This document shows, piece by piece, positions 16,407 to 25,548 of a stretch of 37,480 nucleotides of DNA. The notes below the pieces were generated by a model. The model did not search any database and had not been told where the DNA came from. It saw nothing but the letters and a program-made list of their open reading frames with translations. The DNA is from an uncultured Chthonomonas sp. GTDB taxonomy: Bacteria; Armatimonadota; Fimbriimonadia; Fimbriimonadales; Fimbriimonadaceae. Positions within the stretch are counted from its first letter, which is position 1, and each line of letters begins with the position of its first letter. The translations under genes and the position numbers were made by a program. The DNA lies in assembly GCA_964627705.1 (NCBI GenBank), contig CAZVHE010000005.1, forward strand, positions 1 to 37,480, written 5' to 3'.

Positions 16407-18160
16407 ACGTCGGATCACTGGCGGTTTCGCTGACCGCCAATAGCGCGGCGTACGTCCAGCAGCTAATGAAAGCTGGCAAGGCCAACAAGCGCTTTTCCAA
16501 GCATGTCCAGCAATCAAAGGCCGCATCGGTGTCGGCTTTTGCTGCCATTGGCGCTGGCGTGGCGGCGATGGCCGCCTCCTTGTTTGCCGCGTTGCGGAGC
16601 ATCGGCGGATTCCGAACCGGCATTGTCAACGCCATGCAAAGCGCAGACGACCTAGGGACGGCCATGTCGCGCGTTGGGGCCAGCGCGGAAGAGCTAACGC
16701 TATTGCAGTTTGCCGCACAACGGACAGACGTTGCGTTGGAGAATATGATAAGCGGCCTTGACCGATTGAACCGCGTTGCTGGCAAGGCGGCTGCCGGCGA
16801 TAAGACGGCGTCTGCTATAGTTGAAGGTATGGGCATAGGGGCTAAGCAGTTCGCGAAGGCTGGGCTTGCTCAAAAGCTCGCCATTGTTTCGGCGTATCTT
16901 GATCGCATGCCAAACGCCGCCGCACGCACCGCTGCCGAGTTTGAGTTGCTTGGGCGCGGCGCTGGCAACTTTGGCGAGCTTCTTTCGCGCGGGTCTGGGT
17001 ACATGAAGGCTATCGCGGACGAAGCCAGCCGGCTTGGCGTCATCATCCCGAGCGATACGATTGAAACGATCAACCGAGCGAATGACGCTTGGGACAGAAT
17101 GACAATGGCTGCAAAGTCTTTGTTCTCCTACATCGCCGAAGCATTTGCCCCGACGCTTGAAGGCATCTGGAACCAGCTAGCGTCCATCTTTGGTTGGCTC
17201 AACAACAACTCGCGCGCCGTGGTAGCCTACATTCAAGGCGCCATCGCCAAGACGATCACGGTCGTCGGATACATTGCCGCTGCCATTGCCGTGGCGGTTG
17301 CTTGGAATAAGCTGCTCTGGGCCGCCGCCATCGCTGGCGCCGCGCGACTTTTCCGGGCTGTTGTGATTGGTTTGTCCTACGTCGTGGGCGCCGTCGACGC
17401 CATCCTGCGCTCGCCAATCGGCGAGGTTGTTGTCATGGTTATTCAGCACATTATACTTGTTGGCAGTATTATTTACGAAATCACCGCTTTTGTTATCAAC
17501 GCTATAAATGCTATTGCCTCTGAGGTCGGGCGTGTTGCAAAATATGTGGCGGACGCCTTCGGTCTTCTGTTTCAGACTATGTACGACAAGCTTGTAACTG
17601 TTTTGCCTCAGGAGTTCATGGATGGGATGATTACCGCAATCAAGGGCATTGCCGGACCTTTGGGGACTCTTTTTGAGTACATCGCCGATAAGTGGAAGGG
17701 CATGACTGGAGGTTCGAATCTTGCCGACAAGCTTGGTCTGCAAGACCTGCAAGACAAGCTAGCCGGTTTGGGCAAGGAGTTTGCGGAAGGCGCTGACAAG
17801 AACTTTATGAGCGCGCTGGACAACTTTGGGGGCGCTCTGGACAAGATGATGTCTGGCGGATACGGCCCAGACATCGCCAAGTGGATTCAGGATGGCATCG
17901 GCTCTTTTGCCGATCTTGGCAAAATCCCCAGTTTGGACGGGGCCGACACCGACACAAGCGGAGCAACAAAAGACGCGACTGGCGCCAGCCGCAACCTGCA
18001 AACCCAACTCGCCGGCGTCATCGAGCGCATTGGCACGATGAGTCTTCGCGGTCTTTCGATGGCGGGCACCAGCCCCGAAGAGAAGATGGTCAGTGAACAG
18101 AAGACGACCAACAAACTGCTTTCCAGCATCGCTCGCAAGAGCGGCGCGGTGATGGGGTGA
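16403..18160 (+). CDS. Tape measure protein
   Basis: VGSLAVSLTAN N-terminus; Ala/Gly-rich helical; follows the chaperone genes. Confidence 0.9.
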   Translation: MNVGSLAVSLTANSAAYVQQLMKAGKANKRFSKHVQQSKAASVSAFAAIGAGVAAMAASLFAALRSIGGFRTGIVNAMQSADDLGTAMSRVGASAEELTLLQFAAQRTDVALENMISGLDRLNRVAGKAAAGDKTASAIVEGMGIGAKQFAKAGLAQKLAIVSAYLDRMPNAAARTAAEFELLGRGAGNFGELLSRGSGYMKAIADEASRLGVIIPSDTIETINRANDAWDRMTMAAKSLFSYIAEAFAPTLEGIWNQLASIFGWLNNNSRAVVAYIQGAIAKTITVVGYIAAAIAVAVAWNKLLWAAAIAGAARLFRAVVIGLSYVVGAVDAILRSPIGEVVVMVIQHIILVGSIIYEITAFVINAINAIASEVGRVAKYVADAFGLLFQTMYDKLVTVLPQEFMDGMITAIKGIAGPLGTLFEYIADKWKGMTGGSNLADKLGLQDLQDKLAGLGKEFAEGADKNFMSALDNFGGALDKMMSGGYGPDIAKWIQDGIGSFADLGKIPSLDGADTDTSGATKDATGASRNLQTQLAGVIERIGTMSLRGLSMAGTSPEEKMVSEQKTTNKLLSSIARKSGAVMG

Positions 18161-18163
18161 CGC

Positions 18164-18919
18164 ATGGCAAGCATCGTCCAATCCAACCTGCCCGACGGCA
18201 CACGCCTTGAACAGACCGATCAAGGCTATCAACTCACCATCGTTCACGAGGTCACGGGCCTAACCGGCACCGGCGCGGATCGGTTGTATGACGCGCTATC
18301 CGCCACTGGCATCCCGGCCTACGGTTCCGCGTCGACCATCACGGGCCTAACGGCGCTCAAGGTCGTCTCGCGCACGGTCGAACCCAGCGGCGTCACAAAC
18401 GCCAGGGTTACAATCGTCTATCGCAAGCCCACGCCGGAGGAGCAGCCCGACCCGACGAACGATGACGACGCGCCCGTGGAGACCATCACGGCGTCGCTGG
18501 CCAGCGTGAAGACCAACCTAGACTACAACGGCGCACTGATAACGGTCACGCACAACGGCGTGTCCCAAAACGCGGAGGTCGAGAAACAACTGCCGGTCGT
18601 GGTGATGAAGTACCGCCGCCGCGAGACGCAGCGCCCCTTCACGCGCGCCATCGACAACGTGGGCAAGACCAACAACACCACGTTTGAAGGCCGCGCCGCC
18701 CGCACGGTACTGTGCACGAACATCACGGGCGAGAGTGACGACGGCGGGGCGACCTACACGGTTGACTATGAGTTCCAGTACGTTCCGGAGACGTGGGACG
18801 CGCTGGTCTACTGGATCGACCCGGAGACCAACCGCCCGCCGGCCGATCTGGTTGACGGCGTGGGCTACAAGCGCGTTCAGATTTACGACACGGCCGACTT
18901 TGCCGGCCTGAGTCTGTGA
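18164..18919 (+). CDS. Putative distal tail (Dit-like) protein
   Basis: Position right after the tape measure gene; beta-rich, YTVDYEFQY. Confidence 0.55.
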   Translation: MASIVQSNLPDGTRLEQTDQGYQLTIVHEVTGLTGTGADRLYDALSATGIPAYGSASTITGLTALKVVSRTVEPSGVTNARVTIVYRKPTPEEQPDPTNDDDAPVETITASLASVKTNLDYNGALITVTHNGVSQNAEVEKQLPVVVMKYRRRETQRPFTRAIDNVGKTNNTTFEGRAARTVLCTNITGESDDGGATYTVDYEFQYVPETWDALVYWIDPETNRPPADLVDGVGYKRVQIYDTADFAGLSL

Positions 18920-18926
18920 GGGGATC

Positions 18927-19154
18927 ATGCCACCTTTCGCGCTGGTAAGACAAACCCAATACGTCGCTCCGTGGCGGCGTGGCGAGGAAATCACGGCCCG
19001 CCGCAGCAACGAGACCGTGTATCAGCTAAACCGCCTGACCCGCGTGGTCCTGCCTCCGCGCCAAGCCGACGTTTTCGGCGGCGGTGGCGGGGCCAGCACC
19101 ATCGGCACGGGCGACCCGCTGGCCGTTGGGTACATCCGCTTTTTCAGCAGCTAA
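18927..19154 (+). CDS. Small tail-tip protein
   Basis: GAGGGG RBS; GEEITARRSN motif and GGGGG linker. Confidence 0.5.
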   Translation: MPPFALVRQTQYVAPWRRGEEITARRSNETVYQLNRLTRVVLPPRQADVFGGGGGASTIGTGDPLAVGYIRFFSS

Positions 19155-19163
19155 GGGGCGGCC

Positions 19164-21017
19164 GTGGCGTTCACCGATTGGGCACCGGCAAAGACGGACG
19201 TGGGTCGCGTCGCGACCGATGGCGAGCGCTCGCTGCACTTCCCGGCCTACTCGCCAAGCCTGACCAAGGTCAAGGTGCTTGAGGGCGCGTGCTCGGGCTG
19301 CACCAAGGAGACGACGCACAACATCTGCAAGATGCTGGGTGTGAACGTGCCGCACGGGGAATCGCGGTATGAGCGACTGCCGGCCGCGAACAAGCTGGCT
19401 GTGGCTGATGTGAACAAGGTTCAGTCCGCCCTCGCCGTGCTTGCCCACGCCGGGCACGGCCAGATTGGCGATGATGTCGATTACAACGTCAGCGGTGGCG
19501 GCAACGCCAGCCAATCGTGGACGTACGAAATCACGGCCGCCAGCGGCAACACGTTGACCATCAAGGGCGACAACCCCAAGCGCCTTAGCAGTGGTGGCCA
19601 GTCCTTCGCCATGGCCGTTGGCTGGACTGTTGAGTATGCCAGCCCGTCGGCGCTCTCGGGCAAAAACAACCCCATGATCACGAAGATTTACCCGCCGGCT
19701 AGCACCGACCTTGAAGACGTGACCTTCGACATTGACGTGTCCATCGGCTGCGGTTCGGCGATGGAACCGATAGACGACAACGACCCGCCAGGGGATGGCA
19801 AGTACTACTGCACGATCCGGGGCGAGGCGACAACGACGGCGAAGTGGTGGCACTTCACGGCGCCCGTAGAGACCGCATTCACGAACCGGCAGGCCGTTGA
19901 GTTTACCACCGATGCGATTCACGATCTGCTCGACACGGGCGGCAATGCGACGCGCGTCCTGTGGCCGGGCATGATCGCCAACGCAGTCGTGGTCCAGTTG
20001 TTCAACGGCGCCACGGCTGGCCCATTCGTCAACCCGCTCGAAGAGTACATGGGCGCGCCAAGGCTCGTCACGACCGACAGCGGCCCGACATCGTGGGCGA
20101 CCACGCTGGACTTGCGCGGGCTTGGCATCGGCACGACCTACACCAAGGCTGTCGTTTCATTCTGCCCCGAGGCGCGTTCGGCCGACACTTGGCGCGTGCA
20201 GTTCGCCGGTGGGTGCGCGCACTCCTACGCCGAAGCTTCGGGCAGCTACGCCCATTCCAGCGGCTACCGATGCGCGGCGGTTCAATCCACGGGGTTCGCG
20301 GACTACCAAGGCGCCCAATGCTGGAAGCCGGGGTCATGCGACCACTTCGCGCTTGGCGACCGCGTGGAAAGCTACGGGTCGTCCTTTTTCCTGCCCGACG
20401 ATGGCGCCGACGCCGCGTTGTGGTCCGGGTTGTGGCACCGGGCGGATTGGTTGCTTCGACAGGTGACGCCCAACGTCTCGACCCCGCCAGCCACGGCGTT
20501 CGTGCTTGAGCGCAAGAGCGGCGGCGGCCCGTCCATGACCTCGCTGGTTGGCGGCTTTGTGAACAGCGTGCCGAAGATGAGCGGCGTCGCCTCCATTGAG
20601 CCGTTCCGGTCGCCCGTGTGGGGCCGGCGCGTGACATGGACCGACGGGGACGGCAACGCTTGCCAGCGCATCGTCAACGGCGCGTTTGTGGCCCAAGGCC
20701 TCGACCTGACCGGAGAGGATGGACCGGACTTGCGCAGCGACGCCAGCACAGCGCCCGAGCTTGGTGCGTTTCCGACCGAGGCCACGGGATGGCAGACCAA
20801 GACCGACCCGCTGGGCACGTCGCTTTCGGCAGGGCTCTCGACGCAGCCCTTCCGGTTGACCGGCGGGCTCCAACCCTACCAGTACAACCACGGCGGGGCC
20901 GGGTTCGCGCGGGCTAACGAGCGATGGACATCGGCCGACATGGCGATCACATCGGTTGACCTGACCGAGGCTGGCGACGCCACGCTTGCCGCATTCGTGC
21001 GCGCGAGGTTCATCTGA
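19164..21017 (+). CDS. Putative tail-tip/baseplate protein
   Basis: 617 aa ORF in the tail module; AAGGGG RBS before GTG. Confidence 0.6.
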   Translation: MAFTDWAPAKTDVGRVATDGERSLHFPAYSPSLTKVKVLEGACSGCTKETTHNICKMLGVNVPHGESRYERLPAANKLAVADVNKVQSALAVLAHAGHGQIGDDVDYNVSGGGNASQSWTYEITAASGNTLTIKGDNPKRLSSGGQSFAMAVGWTVEYASPSALSGKNNPMITKIYPPASTDLEDVTFDIDVSIGCGSAMEPIDDNDPPGDGKYYCTIRGEATTTAKWWHFTAPVETAFTNRQAVEFTTDAIHDLLDTGGNATRVLWPGMIANAVVVQLFNGATAGPFVNPLEEYMGAPRLVTTDSGPTSWATTLDLRGLGIGTTYTKAVVSFCPEARSADTWRVQFAGGCAHSYAEASGSYAHSSGYRCAAVQSTGFADYQGAQCWKPGSCDHFALGDRVESYGSSFFLPDDGADAALWSGLWHRADWLLRQVTPNVSTPPATAFVLERKSGGGPSMTSLVGGFVNSVPKMSGVASIEPFRSPVWGRRVTWTDGDGNACQRIVNGAFVAQGLDLTGEDGPDLRSDASTAPELGAFPTEATGWQTKTDPLGTSLSAGLSTQPFRLTGGLQPYQYNHGGAGFARANERWTSADMAITSVDLTEAGDATLAAFVRARFI

Positions 21018-23083
21018 TGGCACAGGTCAAGCAAGCTTACGGCACTTGGTGCAAGCTCGATCCGGTGCTAACCATCGGCGGCGTTGACTACGGCGCGGCC
21101 GTGCGATTCCAGTCTTGGATGGCACCCCCGGGGGCCAGCACCTTCATCGTCAACGGCGAAGTGCAAAGCATCAGCGGGACTACTACCAAGACCATCGTGT
21201 GCAAGCGCGCGCTGCAATCGTCCAGCTATACCAACGCCGGCGATGATGTCCCCTTCACGTTCTTGGCGGGCGGCAACGTCTGCCAGACGCACGAGGCGCA
21301 ACGCCACTACTGGCACAACAACACCGAGGGCCGCCTTGGCGACAACGCCGGGCGCCGAGCCCAACCGGGAGACCTGCTATGGTTCAACGGCAAGGCTTTC
21401 TTGATCACATCCGCTACAGCACTGGATACAGCCCCCGCCTCGGTTGCTTGGCAGCCGGGAGAATCTTCCCCCGGTCGCGCCCCTGTCTGCACCGGCACCG
21501 TCAACCTCGCCACGGCCGCAAGCACAACCGTCAGCGATAATCGACTGCACTACAGCGACAAGATCGTTGTGGACGACCCAGAGGAAGAACTGGACATCGC
21601 GGCCGATGAGACTTTCGCCGTCTATCGCAACGCCATGTTCGACTCGCGCAACCCGCCGACGGTCGAGTATGACGTGCGCGATGGCGTCAGCGATTGGGCC
21701 ACGCTAGACCCGGCCAACTACTTGGCGCGCTGGCCCGAGGGCATCATCCTCATCCGGCAATCGTGGATCACAAGCGAGGGGTGGGACACGACGCCGTTTT
21801 GCATCCGCGTCGAGGGCATTCGCTTCTCACAAACTGGCCCGATGCCGGCGCGGCAACTGAACGATGTCGCCTTGGCGATCAACACGGTTGACGATCTTTG
21901 GTGCGAGGCGCCGTACACGTCGGCCGAGGGCGTGGTGCCGGCGGCCAGTGGATTCGCTGGCATGCGGTTTGGCGCGACCGGCTGGGGGTGCGATGGGGTC
22001 CACGGTTTGCAGGCGACGGGGTGGGGCGCCGGCGATTCCTGGGCTGGCTGGCTGGATTATGGCGTTGTGACCGGCAGCGGCACGGTGTATCCGCCCTATT
22101 TCGCTGCTGGCTACTGGAGCGAAGCGAGCGAGGCCTACGATGACACGTCGGGCACGTTGGGCTGTAGCCCTGGCGATGACCTGACCAACGAATTCGTGGT
22201 GCAGCCGGACAAGTGCATCACCAACGTTAAGAATGAGGCCGCCGGCGGCACGGTGCACGGCAAGGAGCAGTGGGCGCGGTGTACTCAGACCATTTCGACA
22301 TTCCACACAAACATGGACGCCAGCTTTTCGATTGAGGGCATCGCGTTCAACCCGGCGGGCATCCTGACGCGTGTGGACGATGGCTCCACGATCCTTGAAG
22401 CCAAGGCCCGCATCCGAATCAACGGGCTTGTCCGGCGCTTGCAGGTCACTGAGATTTCGGGCACTGGCAACAGCCCGCCCTACCAGCCGTACCATCTGAC
22501 CACGACGGTCAACGGCACGATAACGCGCGAGTATGAGGTGGACGGCGGCGGCGCGGTTGTGACCGACACCACGGCGAGCGAGCCGTCGCTGGCCACAACG
22601 GCCGATGTGACGTTTTCGCTGATCGGGGTGACGCAGGACACGGCCGACATCCTCGATGTCAACGGGACGCCCGTCGCCATCCCGAATCACAGAATCCGCG
22701 CGCTTGGGACCGGCATTCGGTCGACCGCCAGCGATGGCGATTGGGCCGTGGTGGACGTGACGGCCGCAATCCAAGGGTTGATCGACAACCGCGACAACAG
22801 AATCACGGGCTTCTACTGGTGGCCGTCGACGGGCCACGTGGCGCCCGGTGCCTCTTTCGAGGCCATGGGCGATTTCGTGGTGTCGCTGTTCGGGGACTGG
22901 TCGGCGAGCGTGAGCTATGACGGCGACGGTGTGCGGACGCTGTCGACGTCGGCGACGACGACGGAGATTGCGTGGGACTCGCTAGAGATCGATTCGATCC
23001 ACATGCGGTGGAGGCTGCCGTCGGGGGCGCTGGATTCCGCGCGGTTTCCCTTGGTGCACCCGCCGATGTTCGCGGCGCCGTAG
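21017..23083 (+). CDS. Putative tail-tip/receptor-binding protein
   Basis: 688 aa, Thr/Gly/Asp-rich, last gene of the virion arm; TGATG coupling. Confidence 0.6.
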   Translation: MAQVKQAYGTWCKLDPVLTIGGVDYGAAVRFQSWMAPPGASTFIVNGEVQSISGTTTKTIVCKRALQSSSYTNAGDDVPFTFLAGGNVCQTHEAQRHYWHNNTEGRLGDNAGRRAQPGDLLWFNGKAFLITSATALDTAPASVAWQPGESSPGRAPVCTGTVNLATAASTTVSDNRLHYSDKIVVDDPEEELDIAADETFAVYRNAMFDSRNPPTVEYDVRDGVSDWATLDPANYLARWPEGIILIRQSWITSEGWDTTPFCIRVEGIRFSQTGPMPARQLNDVALAINTVDDLWCEAPYTSAEGVVPAASGFAGMRFGATGWGCDGVHGLQATGWGAGDSWAGWLDYGVVTGSGTVYPPYFAAGYWSEASEAYDDTSGTLGCSPGDDLTNEFVVQPDKCITNVKNEAAGGTVHGKEQWARCTQTISTFHTNMDASFSIEGIAFNPAGILTRVDDGSTILEAKARIRINGLVRRLQVTEISGTGNSPPYQPYHLTTTVNGTITREYEVDGGGAVVTDTTASEPSLATTADVTFSLIGVTQDTADILDVNGTPVAIPNHRIRALGTGIRSTASDGDWAVVDVTAAIQGLIDNRDNRITGFYWWPSTGHVAPGASFEAMGDFVVSLFGDWSASVSYDGDGVRTLSTSATTTEIAWDSLEIDSIHMRWRLPSGALDSARFPLVHPPMFAAP

Positions 23084-23114
23084 CCGCCGAACTGTCAGCA
23101 TCGCTTACCAGTTG

Positions 23115-23140
23115 GGGCCCCCTGGAGGATCTGGGGGCCC
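23115..23140 (+). terminator. GC hairpin after last virion gene, possible terminator
   Basis: GGGCCCCC-N10-GGGGGCCC; no clear U tract. Confidence 0.35.
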
Positions 23141-23151
23141 GCTTGTCCGTG

Positions 23152-23175
23152 CTGGGCACAATGGCTGGGCACAAT
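23152..23175 (+). repeat. Integrase arm-type sites, left (CTGGGCACAAT x2)
   Basis: Direct repeats at 23152-23162 and 23165-23175. Confidence 0.75.
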
Positions 23176-23224
23176 GCCCGGCGGGTGCGAGGCGCCGAAG
23201 TGGCTCGGGCCGTTGCGGCTGTAG

Positions 23225-23275
23225 TGGCTCCCCCGGCTGGACTCGAACCAGCAACCAACGGATTAACAGTCCGTT
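23225..23275 (-). other. attP core: 3' half of tRNA-Asn(GTT)
   Basis: Minus strand: A ACGGA CTGTTAA TCCGT TGGTT GCTGG TTCGAGT CCAGC CGGGGGA G CCA; D arm and 5' acceptor strand absent. Confidence 0.88.
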
Positions 23276-23336
23276 CGTGTGCCCCGCTTCCTTAAACGCT
23301 AATCGCGTTGGATCCGTTGGCGTTCTAGGCGATTGC

Positions 23337-23364
23337 ACCATTTTCGCGGCGCCACGAAAATGGT
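23337..23364. repeat. Perfect 10-bp inverted repeat within attP
   Basis: ACCATTTTCG-N8-CGAAAATGGT. Confidence 0.6.
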
Positions 23365-23389
23365 CGGAAACCCGCCAAACCGGGCTCCA

Positions 23390-23423
23390 CTGGGCACAAT
23401 CTGCCGGGCACACTGGGCACAAT
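23390..23423 (+). repeat. Integrase arm-type sites, right (CTGGGCACAAT x2 plus one degenerate copy)
   Basis: 23390-23400 and 23413-23423 exact; CCGGGCACACT at 23404-23414. Confidence 0.75.
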
Positions 23424-23450
23424 CAGGCGTGCTCTTTTTTCTGATTTCGG

Positions 23451-23493
23451 CGTGCCGATTTCTGTTGCGCCCGCCCCGGCCCCTGTGCACGAT
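23451..23493 (+). promoter_or_regulatory. Putative promoter with operator half-site only
   Basis: CGTGCCGATTTCTGTTGCGCC is 20/21 identical to the reverse complement of 30211-30231; TTGCGC-N17-CACGAT; right half CGCAAC absent. Confidence 0.55.
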
Positions 23494-23558
23494 CACCCCA
23501 TCAGCGACGGAAACCAAGCAGCGCCCCGCCGCGATACAGACCCGCAGAGGACAATCCA

Positions 23559-23828
23559 ATGACCGCTCAGACCGCCGCCAGCCGCCACTTCTTCGCGATC
23601 GACTGCCCCCGTGGATTCGCCAACGAAAAGGCCATCCACGTCTTCACGTCCGCCGACAGCCGCGACGCCTACGTGGCCGACCGCACCACCGCCCGCGTCG
23701 CCACGCGCAAAGCCTGCGCCGCGCTGGCCCGTCGCAAGGACGACGCCGCGACCAAGCAGTACATCACCATGTACCTGGACGGCGCCCAGATCTACTACCG
23801 CGAAGATTACCTGGCCCGCTTCGGCTGA
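23559..23828 (+). CDS. Hypothetical protein
   Basis: GAGGA RBS; strong GC3 codon bias. Confidence 0.65.
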   Translation: MTAQTAASRHFFAIDCPRGFANEKAIHVFTSADSRDAYVADRTTARVATRKACAALARRKDDAATKQYITMYLDGAQIYYREDYLARFG

Positions 23829-23881
23829 CACTCTCGGGGGGCCGGCCACCATCGGCCCCCCATCACACAAAGACAAAGCCC

Positions 23882-24934
23882 ATGTCCATCGGCCAGCCCA
23901 ACAGATACACGCGCAGCACACTGCGAAACGCCGTCTGGAAACGCATACGAAACGACAACCCGCCGCGCTGCCATTGGTGCCAGGCACCGCTGGCCAGTCG
24001 CAGCGAAATGACAGTCGACCACGTCGTACCCATCGCTGATGGCGGGTCGGCGTCCGATCCCGAAAACTGTGTTCCAGCCTGCCGGCCATGCAACACCCGG
24101 CGGTCGTCGATCAAGGGGCGCATTAAACTATCCGCCAGCGACAAAGTCATCTTGGATATTTGGGGGGAAGAATGGAATCTGTGGGAGGAACGCCCGACAG
24201 TTCACGGCTGGACCATCTATTTAGGGAAACCCCCAAACATACGCCACGGGCTAAAGGTAATCGTCACACGTCCGCTGGCGGATCACATATCGACAAACCG
24301 AATGTTACCGATCCCGCAGCTAGGCCTGCCCGTCAGCGACGGGGTCGTCAAGCGCGTGCGCAAACTGCTGGGCATCGACCGGCATTCCGACGCGCGCCAG
24401 TGGTGGGAAGACCGCATCGAAGACTTGGCTACCATGACAGGCGCCCAGTTTGCCGATACCCACGGCGTTTCGACGGGCGCCGTCAGCCAGTGGCGACAAA
24501 GCGTTGTCGGGCCGCGCGTTCGCCCGGCCCATTGGTGGCGCGATCCCGAAGTGATATCGATACTTCGCAACCCCAAACTGCCGCGCACCACCAAGGCCGA
24601 AATGATGCGGGTATCCGTCGGCACGGTTGGTCGGCTACAATGGTTGTCGCGCGTTCTAGACGGCCTGCCCATGGATCGCTATTCCATCATTGCCCGTATC
24701 AGCGCGGCCAAGCGTGGCAGGGCCAATCCCCATGGGCACATCACCATCCGCGCCGCCCAGGCCGCGCGGTGGAAACAGCAAGACCAGCCGCCGATGATCG
24801 AAGACTGGCAGGCGGCCATCATCGAAGAAGCCGCCCCGTTGCACATCGCCGTTCCTGACATCGCCGAAGCCACCGGCCTATCTGATTCCATCGTCGCTGC
24901 GTGGATCAATCACATTACAGGAACCGCCCCATGA
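23882..24934 (+). CDS. HNH endonuclease with long C-terminal multi-HTH region
   Basis: CHWC...TVDHVVP..DGG....ENCVPACRPCN; later QFADTHGVSTGAVSQWR and VPDIAEATGLSDSIVAAW HTH-like units. Confidence 0.82.
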   Translation: MSIGQPNRYTRSTLRNAVWKRIRNDNPPRCHWCQAPLASRSEMTVDHVVPIADGGSASDPENCVPACRPCNTRRSSIKGRIKLSASDKVILDIWGEEWNLWEERPTVHGWTIYLGKPPNIRHGLKVIVTRPLADHISTNRMLPIPQLGLPVSDGVVKRVRKLLGIDRHSDARQWWEDRIEDLATMTGAQFADTHGVSTGAVSQWRQSVVGPRVRPAHWWRDPEVISILRNPKLPRTTKAEMMRVSVGTVGRLQWLSRVLDGLPMDRYSIIARISAAKRGRANPHGHITIRAAQAARWKQQDQPPMIEDWQAAIIEEAAPLHIAVPDIAEATGLSDSIVAAWINHITGTAP

Positions 24935-25137
24935 AACAGCCCCGCAACCCAACCCCAGGCCCCAACGGCGGCGCCCGCCCCGGCGCCGGCCGCAAGCGCT
25001 TGAACCCAGACGATCAGACCGTTACCCTGGTGGTCCGCATCCCGCTGGCCATGCGCGAGCAGTTGCGCGCTGCTGGCATCACCAACGCCGACATCCGCGC
25101 CGCGTTGGGCCGTCTGATCACACGTCGGCAGGCATAG
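24931..25137 (+). CDS. Small ribbon-helix-helix-like DNA-binding protein
   Basis: GGARPGAGRK motif followed by VTLVVRIP beta strand; ATGA coupling to the HNH gene. Confidence 0.7.
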   Translation: MKQPRNPTPGPNGGARPGAGRKRLNPDDQTVTLVVRIPLAMREQLRAAGITNADIRAALGRLITRRQA

Positions 25138-25264
25138 CCGCGCCGGCCGCCCGGACCAGCTCCGCCTCGAACCGTTCGGCGATGGGACGCAGGGCCGGGA
25201 TCGAGGCCCGCGACAGGTAGTGGCGCGTCGTGACATCGGCGGCGCCGGCGGCCGCGTGGTCCGA
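25118..25264 (-). pseudogene. Probable C-terminal remnant of a tyrosine integrase
   Basis: DHAAAGAADVTTRHYLSRASIPALRPIAERFEAEL resembles the H...VT.RHY catalytic-Tyr box plus terminal helix; no upstream catalytic domain. Confidence 0.5.
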
Positions 25265-25548
25265 TCTGGAGAAAGGTCTGGCGGCGGTTCGCCAAGGTGC
25301 CGACGCCAATACACCCATTCAAGGAAGGCCACGACAACGCCGCCGTCAGCCTTTGGGCGCGGGCTTTCGGATGGCTTGGCAGATGGCCTTGACGACGCGG
25401 CCTTTGTTGAGCGCGTGGAGCCGTTGGCGTTTCGTGGTTTCGGCATTGAGTTTCAACGGCTTTCGCTTGGGCATGGGTTACTTGGCTCGCATCTTCGCTA
25501 GATGCTTGGCGTACGCCTTTCGGCATTGGTCGGTCCTTTCGCGGTGGT

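Noticed and set aside
19152-19166. Stop read-through joining 18927 and 19164 ORFs (same frame, single TAA)
   Set aside because: The gap contains its own AAGGGG RBS before GTG; there is no other sign of recoding, since all three stops terminate genes normally.
23225-23300. Complete phage-encoded tRNA-Asn
   Set aside because: D arm and 5' acceptor strand are missing; arm-type repeats on both sides indicate an attP core instead.
23152-23423. CRISPR-like mini array from CTGGGCACAAT repeats
   Set aside because: Repeats are only 11 bp with 2-12 nt spacing, there are no spacer-sized intervals and no cas genes.
23333-23881. 533-aa version of the HNH ORF
   Set aside because: The extension runs through attP arm sites and over the 23559 gene; ATG 23882 is more plausible.
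25346-25526. Small minus-strand ORFs after ssb (MPKGVRQ... from 25526; MPKRKPLK... 25474-25346)
   Set aside because: Competing frames with no recognisable motif, so neither can be supported; possibly debris near the integrase deletion.
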